From positions 4,448,001 to 4,512,000 of the forward strand of contig OY762428.1 in the NCBI GenBank assembly GCA_963665665.1: a stretch of DNA of 64,000 nt. The letters are read 5' to 3'. The position numbers and the translations under genes were made by a program. The DNA is from Candidatus Kapaibacterium sp. Lineage in GTDB: Bacteria > Bacteroidota > Ignavibacteria > Kapaibacteriales > UBA2268. Positions 52,001-59,476 of the stretch are shown here, in pieces (position 1 is the first letter of the stretch; the number at the start of each line of letters is the position of its first letter). The notes under the pieces were generated by a model. That model was not told the DNA's origin. It saw only the letters and a list, made by a program, of their open reading frames with translations, and did not search any database.

Positions 52001-52423
52001 ACAGTTCTTACACTTTATCATAATAAAATGAAACACAATATTAAATTAATTAAAAAATTTAATTATGACGAACCAATACTTTGCTATCCTGATGAATTGA
52101 CACAAGTTTGGACGAATTTGATACATAATTCCCTTCAGGCGATGAATTTCAAAGGTAAATTGCTAATTGACGTAAGGAAAGAAAAAAATTTAATTAGAAT
52201 TTCAATTTCAGATACAGGCAAAGGAATTCCGGAAGATATAAGAGATAAAATATTTGAGCCGTTTTTTACTAATAAGCCCTTAGGTGAAGGTAGTGGCTTA
52301 GGATTGGATATAGTGAAAAAGATTATTGAAAAGCATGAAGGAAAAATTGAGTTCGATTCGGTTGTAAACAAAGGAACAACCTTTAAAATTTATCTTCCGA
52401 TAAAAATGGAGGACTCACAATGA
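49001..52423 (+). CDS. Hybrid sensor kinase REC-PAS(x5)-HisKA-HATPase, paralogue of 30548..34114
   Basis: LYLEDN..LADFTLP; five PAS; LGQLIAGVAHEINSPL; GEGSGLGL. Confidence 0.92.
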   Translation: MNRMIKILYLEDNPVDVELVKEILDSDKINSEISVVDNEKDYLQEIKKRRHDIILADFTLPAFNGIEALKYAMEICPSTPFIFFSGTLGEENAIKAMKYGATDYVLKKWVQKLPLSIVRAIDERNSIIKRMKAELDLKRSEKNYRDLVENSVVGIYKTNLDGKIIFANNSLAEIFGYSNKDDLIGENAANFYKNPDNRKRLTEKLKAGQTVDLMEIDIVDKNNITKQIRLSAALNENYISGIINDISESKKAESALMNSEKKLRTITDSAKDAIIMMDHNGIVTFWNNAAQDIFGYEESEIIGQILHKTIVPERFYGQHILNFKDWVKTGEGNAVGKTLELIGLNKSGQEFPVELSLSAIKVDSNWVAVGIIRDISDRKAIEYKIKKNLESLHQAEEIASLGYFERNWKTGECYWSNGFFNLLGFKDKDFSHSQELFFKYIHPDDLQIFQNKLQESLDNKKSLDIRFKMINRRNELIHIHGLATNSYDEKGHPALTIGVFRDITEELKTQKELKGSELRLDHVLKSSNLGTWDWKLSNNSIVFGYNWYSMLGYDESDLEEKPETFFNLLHPDDSKTLKKILDDHISGKFPEFSSEIRMKSKSGGWKWIQTAGKCIEKDKDGNPLRLTGIHIDIDKIKKNEEELINYRNHLEDLVEQKTIELKKSYREVRKLFQAVEQSPASVVITDENVKITYVNKSFEQVTGYETEEVLGKNPNILKSGKHSSIFYKSMWNTINSGKVWKGDIQNKKKGGELYWERSHIAPILNQEGNIISYVAVKEDISKEKEQEQDLLNAFKEIKKSNDTMNSTLDELKRTQSQLVQSEKMVALGQLIAGVAHEINSPLGAIKSQNESFLRDIERVFHNMPVLFANMPMELIRKIDLLVDKAVENKKMLSPREERDLKKKVKSLFEKIGIYNSTRLASTYINFADEKAINEYLPILKHEKALEITGLISKLVNLKNGSSIIKNAVENIMKIVFALKSYSHFDSSDNMSSFSIVESIETVLTLYHNKMKHNIKLIKKFNYDEPILCYPDELTQVWTNLIHNSLQAMNFKGKLLIDVRKEKNLIRISISDTGKGIPEDIRDKIFEPFFTNKPLGEGSGLGLDIVKKIIEKHEGKIEFDSVVNKGTTFKIYLPIKMEDSQ

Positions 52424-52824
52424 TAAAAAAAGCTATCATTTGTGTTGATGACGAAAAACTTGTTCTTTCAAGCCTTAGAAGGGAATTGGAAGATATTTTA
52501 GGAGATGAGTATTATATTGAAATCGCTTTATCAGGCAGAGAAGCTCTGGATGTTTTTAATGATTTGAGAACTGATGAATTTGATATCCCGATTATTATTT
52601 CCGATTATATAATGCCTGAAATGAAAGGAGATGAGCTGTTAATAAGATTTCATAAAATTGATTCAAAACCTATAAAAATAATTCTAAGCGGGCAGATGAC
52701 CAACGAAGCAATTGATCGGGCTATGAAAGAAGGTAATATTTTTAAATTTATAAATAAACCATGGGATCATGAAAAATTAATATCAATCTTATGCGACGCA
52801 ATAAGTTCTTACTATGGTCAATAA
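52420..52824 (+). CDS. Single-domain response regulator, paralogue of the 34119 receiver
   Basis: IICVDDE, ISDYIMPEMKGDELL and FINKPWD. Confidence 0.9.
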   Translation: MIKKAIICVDDEKLVLSSLRRELEDILGDEYYIEIALSGREALDVFNDLRTDEFDIPIIISDYIMPEMKGDELLIRFHKIDSKPIKIILSGQMTNEAIDRAMKEGNIFKFINKPWDHEKLISILCDAISSYYGQ

Positions 52825-52895
52825 TTTATCTTAAATTTTATACGGCAAAAAAACTCAAGTGGTTAAAAGCTTGATTTACATGTATCTATTTCATT

Positions 52896-53070
52896 TCAAT
52901 CATCCCACGCACGGCGAACTTCATTTATCGCCTCCTCCTGTACAATTCGCACATACTTCTGAAAAGACGCCCTGCTTTTATGTCCGGTAACCTTCATAAT
53001 GTACTCCGGCAACAGGCCCCTTTTTCAGAGATAGAGTGATAAATATTCTGCGTGCCGTGTGGGATACACT
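52896..53070 (-). pseudogene. Tyrosine recombinase (phage integrase) C-terminal remnant, frameshifted
   Basis: SHTARRIFITLSLKK / GLLPEYIMKVTGHKSRASFQKYVRI..WDD*: HxxR, GH and catalytic Tyr motifs; +1 shift in a G run. Confidence 0.8.
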
Positions 53071-53074
53071 TCCT

Positions 53075-53297
53075 TCGGCATTCTTAATATTTTGATCTTT
53101 TTCATACTTACTCTCTCATTTGCCATTTACTCTTACCTGATTTACGATTTGAAAATTCATCCATCAGAAAAGAAAAAAAATTTGAGATAACAAATTGATT
53201 ACCAGGCAGTCCTGTTTTCAGATTTACTGATATACTAACAACGGTTTTAGTGGTAAACATTTAACGGTTTAGCCGGTACACTTTGCCCGGTTTGTGC
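53075..53297 (-). mobile_element. Probable IS21-family left-end remnant
   Basis: Minus strand gcacaaaccgggcaaagtgtacc-ggct-aaaccgttaaatgtttacc-act-aaaaccg (reiterated terminal boxes), then MANERVSMKKIKILR from 53126, resembling IstA N-termini. Confidence 0.5.
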
Positions 53298-53604
53298 CCT
53301 GGTCGGAAGCAAAGAAACAAAACCACCCCTGTATTTCCCTCCTACATTAGGAGGGGATAAGAAATTAAATATCATGGAATTAACTCCCCCTCCTTCCGAA
53401 GGAGGGGGACGGGGTTAGGTAAGAAGGTTCGGAAGCAAAGCACCAAAGTTTGATGATATTTCCGCCCTGGTCGTAAGCAAAGCAAGAAAACCACCCCTAT
53501 AATCCCCTCCTACATTAGGAGGGGATAAGAAATTAAATATCATGGAATTAACTCCCCCTCCTTCCGAAGGAGGGGGACGGGGGGAGGTAGGAAGGGGCAG
53601 CGGC

Positions 53605-53946
53605 ATTTCACCAATGTTCGAATCTATTGACGCCTTGGTCGAATCTATTGATGCCTTGTTCGGAGTCATTGCCGCCTTGGTCGAAGTTAATGCTGCCTTG
53701 TTCGACGCTATTGCACCGATGTTTGATGATATTGCTGCCTTGTTCGAAGTCATTGATGCCTTGGTCGGAGTCATTGATACCTTGGTCGAAGTCATTGATA
53801 CCTTGGTCGAAGTTATTGATGCCTTGGTTGAAGATAATGATGCCTTGGTTGAAGTCATTGACGCCTTGGTCGGAGTCATTGATACCTTGGTCGAAGTTAT
53901 TGATGCCTTGGTTGAAGATAATGATGCCTTGGTTGAAGATAATGAG
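53605..53946. repeat. 21-bp array A, copy 2 (16 units, more diverged on the left)
   Basis: ATTGAT[G/A]CCTTGGT[C/T]GAAGT[C/T]-type units counted directly. Confidence 0.93.
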
Positions 53947-53956
53947 CAACCTCAGT

Positions 53957-54208
53957 AAAGTCAACCAAGACCTCAGTAAAGTCAACCAAGACCTCAGTAA
54001 AGTCAACCAAGACCTCAGTAAGGTCAACCAAGACCTCAGTAAGGTCAACCAAGACCTCAGTAAGGTCAACCAAGTCCTCAGTAAAGTCAACCAAGACCTC
54101 AGTAAGGTCAACCAAGTCCTCAGTAAGGTCAACCAAGACCTCAGTAAGGTCAACCAAGACCTCAGTAAAGTCAACCAAGACCTCAGAAAGGTCAACCAAG
54201 TCCTCAAT
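53957..54208. repeat. 21-bp array B, copy 2 (AA[A/G]GTCAACCAAG[A/T]CCTCAGT, 12 units)
   Basis: Units counted directly. Confidence 0.95.
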
Positions 54209-55419
54209 GAGGCCGAATTTTAATACAATAAGGCCAAACAGTAGTTCAATACCTCGGGCCAAGGCAGTTTAAAGCCCTGCAATCCAAGCAATTAGCCCAA
54301 ACATCAGGATTCTGGTTCAAAACAGCGTTGAATTAAGGAAATTATCCGGTTCATTGAAACCACAGGATAGGGAATTAAGGCAAAATGATGAGATATTGAA
54401 GTGGAAGAATGAGTAAACAGAGCAAAAGAATGAGGTGTTATGTTGTCATTCCCCGACACGTCGGGGCAGGCTTCCGGAGCTTGCGACCGAAGAATCCATC
54501 TTTGTTTGCAGATAATGTATGAAGAATGGATTCTTCGCTTCGCTCAGGATGACATGCAGTTTTACCATCGTCAAGTTCAATAGCCACGTGCTTTAGCTCG
54601 TGGATAAAGATGCAAGGTGCGGAGGCAAAGAAAAAGAATCCACCCCGACTCGCTGCGCTCGCCACCCCTCAACGAGGGGAATGTTTATAAAACCAGCCAT
54701 CCCGAAAGCGGCGTAGCCGCGACATTTTTGTAGAAAGGCGAATCCGGAAAGGACAACAGCCCCGTAGGGGCGACATTGGCAAAAGATTGTGTCGCTCCTA
54801 CGGAGCTTTTAATAATCGCAATGTAAACATTATCTACAAAAATTCCGCTCCTACGGAGCTTTTTATATAATTCCGATGCTCTTGCGACTGAAGAATCCAT
54901 CTTCGTTTGCAGATAGTGTGTGAAGAATCCACCCCGACTCGCTGCACTCGCCACCCCTCAACGAGGGGAATTTTAAGAATCCACCCCCGCCCTTCGGGCA
55001 CTCGTCCTAAATTAGGAGGGGATAAGAAATTAAATATCATAGGATTAATTCCCCATCCTTCAGAAGGAGAAGGCCGGGGGAGTTAGGAAGAGGCAGAAGC
55101 AATGCACTGATGTTTTAAGCCATTGCCGTCTTATTCTTCTTCAAAGCCCTAACTTTTTGGGAGGAGCGGCCCCTTAGGAGGATACCTGAGCGTGTTTGGG
55201 AAGGGGGGCGTAAACTGTATTGGAAAAATTAAAAAACCGCGACTTTAATTATTACGTGGATTCCGGATGTTTAATATTTGAACCTTGGAATTATATTATG
55301 GTCATCACAATAAACTCAAATTAAACATACTGAAAAGAATAATTATTTTATCTGTTCCTGTAATTCAATTTTGAAGTATATTATTATTCGGTTTATGTAT
55401 TTAATTATTAAGAATTTTT

Positions 55420-58023
55420 TCAGAACATGAAACCGGCATTAATATAGAATGATGTGATTTCAGGGCTTCGGCAGATATAGACGCTTCCGACATATTCTGG
55501 ATATACAAAATTTGCCCAAATGCCTGCCCCAAATGCCGGATGCCATTTTTTGGAAGTACCGTTTTCAATGAAGACCCTTCCCACATCAGCCATCCCGAGA
55601 ATTCCATACTCACCGGGTATTAAAATATTGTAACTGCCTGCTTTCATTCTGGCTTCGAAGTTGGCAAATACCGAGGCATCTCCTGAATAGCGCTGCCTTC
55701 CGTAACCCCTGATAGTATTATAGTCGCCGATAAAAGGAAGCTCGAAAAAAGGAATATCACCTGCAGATACTGCCCCGCCGATCCTGGCTGCATAAGTCAG
55801 ATCTGTAACAAAATGACTTGTAAAGTATGTTCTCATGTCAATTTCAGCTTTGAAGAAATGAGCGCTGTTTTCAAAGAATTTCTGCCTGTTGATAAATTCA
55901 GGAGAATATTTTATACGGCAATCCAGGTAGAGGCCTTCACGGGCGGCCATTTGATTATCCCGGCTGTCGTAATTAAAATCAATACCAAGATTGAAAAGCC
56001 TCAGATTCTCGTCACCAAATTGCGGGTTCTCATTGAAATATGTATCTTTCTCAGTGTCATTATCGGCTATCCTAAGATTGGCATTGAGCTTTAGAGTCGT
56101 TCTCTCGGATAATTCTGTCTTATATGCAAAATCAAAATCAAATAGTTGTAAATAAACTTCGTAGTATTCATCTTTATCAACATCATTTTTTAATTTCGTT
56201 TCATTTCCAATACCATGAAACCTGACGACATCCAGGCTTGAAGTATAAAACCTGTATTGCAGGGCTGAATTGCTGTATCTTACAGGCATTTCCAGGAAAT
56301 ATTCTGCCCGGAAGCCCTGCAGGCCAACTGAATATCCTGCCTTTAGCCACATCATGTAATAATAAGGATCCATTCGGAAGTCGTGCCTTATAAGAATCGG
56401 CCCACCGCCAAAAAATAATAAATCATCTGAGTTCACTCCAAACCAATATGCAGGTTTCCAATCATGTCCCCAGTCTCTGACCGGAAGCTCGAATAGAAGT
56501 GTATCGTTTTCCGGTTCCGGGTATTTGGTATCATCGAAATAGGAGTCGTCACCGTCTTTTACTTTTGTTTTATCTCCATCGTCATATATCAAAGTAAAAT
56601 CTTTATCAAAAAAATCTGATACCCTGGAATCGTCGTCGAATTTGTCCTTGCCGTCACCTCCAATTAGTCTCACTCTGATTGAATTGTCAGTTTTTCCTTT
56701 TATATCAACTTCATCATCACCGTCGAAAAGATATATTCTTATATCGGCTGTTTCATCGGGATAGTACTTTCTTTGCATAAATGGGCTGTCTGCTTTCTTG
56801 CCGTCAAATATACTGATATCAACAGAACCGTCATCATTCCTGTAGATTTTTACATATTCATCATCATCCGAACACCAGAGATCAACATACTTAATTATCT
56901 CAAAATAAAAATCATCAGAAGCCTCTTTAAGCCCTTCGCGCCTTGAAACCATGATCTTTTTTAGTCTTTTTCCGTCTCTGCCATAAACTTCTTTCGGAAG
57001 AAGGCTGAGTGAATAATCAATAACGGAATCCGTAATACATTGATAAACGAAGTTTGTTATTGAATCCCAGGTATGCCTTGTAATTGTAGGAAGAAATTTT
57101 CTGTCCAGGTATCTTCCTGACCATGTCAGATCATTAATAAGTGGATAGTCCTCATCACAATGCTCGATCTGAGGAATAGCGAGCGTTGCTATCCATGGAA
57201 TCAATCCGTCGTATGAACAGAATGCCTGATCTCTGTCACGTGGTATCGGCCTTGCAATTTTTTTCTTATCAGGCAGGTCGAATTGAGCCCAGCGCCATTG
57301 GTCGTAGTGCCTGTCCCAATCGCCCATGTAAATATCCAGCAGGCGGGCTTTCAGGTATTCATTTGCATCGATTCTGAAACTGTTTTTTTTCTTGAATTTA
57401 TTGAATAGTTTATACGATCCGAATACTTTATCAGCATCAGCAAAATTTTCTGAATCAGATTCATCCCAATCATCGGGATGAAGTTCAATTGTTCCCGGCA
57501 GGTTCTTAAAATATTCACGGTATTCACCAAGCAAGGGATCATCAGGCATTACATATAATTCAGGCTGTGCCTGGAGTACTCCTACAGAGTTTATTATTGG
57601 CGCCGATATAATTGCCGAAAGGGGATTAATTGTGCTGAATACATCAAAAAATGCTTCTTCAACAAGTGAATTCTGAAGTTGGTTCGGCAGATAAACTTCA
57701 GTAAACTTCCTGACAGATCTGAATTTATAAATTTTCCCGTCTTTACTTTTGAATTTCAATGACCTTGTTGTCATACCGCCGCCTTTTTTTATAGGGGTAA
57801 GCCCGCCGGCATAGCTTTGCAGGTTCAGAACGGGAATTTTCATAGGTGTGGCCCAAAGGTCCCGCCATGTATCACCAAAAAAGAAGCGGTGAAAAGACCC
57901 GGCTTTGTATTCATCTACAATTGTAACTTCCACGGAATCCTGTCTGGCGCTGATTTCTATCGCCGAGATTAAAAACAACAGTATTAGGGGCAATATTCTT
58001 AGAAAAATTTTATTATTCAACAT
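55420..58023 (-). CDS. Omp85 (BamA/TamA-like) outer-membrane protein with a large N-terminal kinase-like domain
   Basis: Signal peptide; C-terminal barrel with YDSRDN, IRGY and terminal GFMF; N-terminal GGGMTTRSL, GDWDRH and RDRDQAF. Confidence 0.8.
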   Translation of the reverse strand: MLNNKIFLRILPLILLFLISAIEISARQDSVEVTIVDEYKAGSFHRFFFGDTWRDLWATPMKIPVLNLQSYAGGLTPIKKGGGMTTRSLKFKSKDGKIYKFRSVRKFTEVYLPNQLQNSLVEEAFFDVFSTINPLSAIISAPIINSVGVLQAQPELYVMPDDPLLGEYREYFKNLPGTIELHPDDWDESDSENFADADKVFGSYKLFNKFKKKNSFRIDANEYLKARLLDIYMGDWDRHYDQWRWAQFDLPDKKKIARPIPRDRDQAFCSYDGLIPWIATLAIPQIEHCDEDYPLINDLTWSGRYLDRKFLPTITRHTWDSITNFVYQCITDSVIDYSLSLLPKEVYGRDGKRLKKIMVSRREGLKEASDDFYFEIIKYVDLWCSDDDEYVKIYRNDDGSVDISIFDGKKADSPFMQRKYYPDETADIRIYLFDGDDEVDIKGKTDNSIRVRLIGGDGKDKFDDDSRVSDFFDKDFTLIYDDGDKTKVKDGDDSYFDDTKYPEPENDTLLFELPVRDWGHDWKPAYWFGVNSDDLLFFGGGPILIRHDFRMDPYYYMMWLKAGYSVGLQGFRAEYFLEMPVRYSNSALQYRFYTSSLDVVRFHGIGNETKLKNDVDKDEYYEVYLQLFDFDFAYKTELSERTTLKLNANLRIADNDTEKDTYFNENPQFGDENLRLFNLGIDFNYDSRDNQMAAREGLYLDCRIKYSPEFINRQKFFENSAHFFKAEIDMRTYFTSHFVTDLTYAARIGGAVSAGDIPFFELPFIGDYNTIRGYGRQRYSGDASVFANFEARMKAGSYNILIPGEYGILGMADVGRVFIENGTSKKWHPAFGAGIWANFVYPEYVGSVYICRSPEITSFYINAGFMF

Positions 58024-58387
58024 AGCTGTTTATATGTAAAAATCTGTTAATAATACATTTTCGTTTTATTATCGTAAAAATATTATACGATAAGGTTATA
58101 AAAAAAATAAATAATCCGTATAGTTTCTGATTCGGTTCCGGTATCATGTAAACAATGAAGGGGATAATCATAGCTATCATTCCCGGCGCAATATTTTTTC
58201 TTCCAAACACAATTCCGAATGCCAGCCCGGTACAGCCCATTAACGAAACATAAAGTAAGGCAATCCTGTATTTTGCCGGATCAATCTCGATAAATGGCAT
58301 TGAAAGTATCAGCATCAGGGTTATTCCAATGGATGAACCCAGCCTGGCATGTAAGTCCTGATGATCCGGCCCGACGTTTTTAATCAT
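58013..58387 (-). CDS. Hypothetical 4-TM membrane protein
   Basis: Hydrophobic ORF overlapping both neighbours. Confidence 0.7.
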   Translation of the reverse strand: MIKNVGPDHQDLHARLGSSIGITLMLILSMPFIEIDPAKYRIALLYVSLMGCTGLAFGIVFGRKNIAPGMIAMIIPFIVYMIPEPNQKLYGLFIFFITLSYNIFTIIKRKCIINRFLHINSYVE

Positions 58388-59373
58388 TTGTAATCTATCC
58401 TTACTAATTTGATATACAACTGACTTGTTTCGGGTTTGCTGATATCTGATGATAACCCGTGAAGAATTTCATTATTTTGGATTTTTACTGCATAATCGAT
58501 AAAAGTATAATCATTCTGAAGGATCAAATCCGATATTAAAAAATCTATGGAATTTTTCTGCAATATACCATCAATATGTTTTGAATCACTCGAATCCGAT
58601 TCTTTCACGGTTCTTAACAAATAATTAAAACCATTTTTTCTTAGCTCCTTAACCCTCTGCTTTTCAAGTACTGGAAAATTTAATGGTTCAGCAAAATGAC
58701 TTTTCTCAATATTATCCGTCCTGTGTTCATAATCTGAACTGCTCCTGCTCACAGGGGCGCTTGTTACTACTTCGCCAACTTTCATTTTCCACAAGACAAT
58801 AAAAACAATATTAACCAGCACCGACAAAGCCAGCCCCATGTGCGGAACACCAAGGCCGTTTGCCATACCAATTGCCATGGATAAAAATATATAAACTGCA
58901 TCCTTGGTATCCTTTACGGCAACCCGGTATCTTACGGCGGTAAGAATGGCGACCATTCCAAAAGCTCTGGCTAAATTGTCCTCCAGCATCATCATTATAC
59001 CGGTAACTATAATCGATATAAGGATTATAGTCTGGACAATTGATTCGTCGATATCTTTGTTCTTTTTCGTGATTACATAAACCCATGCTACGGGTAAAAT
59101 ATAAACGAATGTTGCCATGATATGAAATGTTGTTATCAGCACATCGTCCCGGTGGGTCATCAGGTTCATGCCTTCGAGCAAAATATCGGAGAATTTTTCC
59201 AGGGTCATCAAATCCAGGTTCTCGTAGTATTCCGAGGCTATCTGTCTGAATAAAAGCAGCATTATTGCAAGCAGGATATAATATGCTGCCAGCCTGAGAA
59301 GCGGAGCCTCCCTGGTTCTGCCAATTAACTCGAAAAGTTTAGGATGTTTAATATTATTGTTTTCGTTATTCAA
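58384..59373 (-). CDS. DUF4956-like membrane protein
   Basis: NLARAFGMVAILTAVRYR..KDTKDAVYIFLSMAIGMANG signature; TTG start. Confidence 0.8.
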   Translation of the reverse strand: MNNENNNIKHPKLFELIGRTREAPLLRLAAYYILLAIMLLLFRQIASEYYENLDLMTLEKFSDILLEGMNLMTHRDDVLITTFHIMATFVYILPVAWVYVITKKNKDIDESIVQTIILISIIVTGIMMMLEDNLARAFGMVAILTAVRYRVAVKDTKDAVYIFLSMAIGMANGLGVPHMGLALSVLVNIVFIVLWKMKVGEVVTSAPVSRSSSDYEHRTDNIEKSHFAEPLNFPVLEKQRVKELRKNGFNYLLRTVKESDSSDSKHIDGILQKNSIDFLISDLILQNDYTFIDYAVKIQNNEILHGLSSDISKPETSQLYIKLVRIDYK

Positions 59374-59476
59374 AAAATTCTCCCTTTACGGTATTTTTTC
59401 AAAAATGGTAATTTTTCACAAGAGTTCAAAATAAAAGAAAATTAAAATTATTTGGAAATCTGCTTCGTTATATATT

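Larger units (their letters stand above)
53296..55165. repeat. Composite non-coding element, copy 2
   Basis: Same module order as 23337-24855; 168-bp left module duplicated, extra REP-like units, and a further partial left module at ~55010-55165. Confidence 0.85.

Noticed and set aside
53415-54262. Equivalent heptad ORFs in copy 2
   Set aside because: Same artefact of stop-poor 21-bp units
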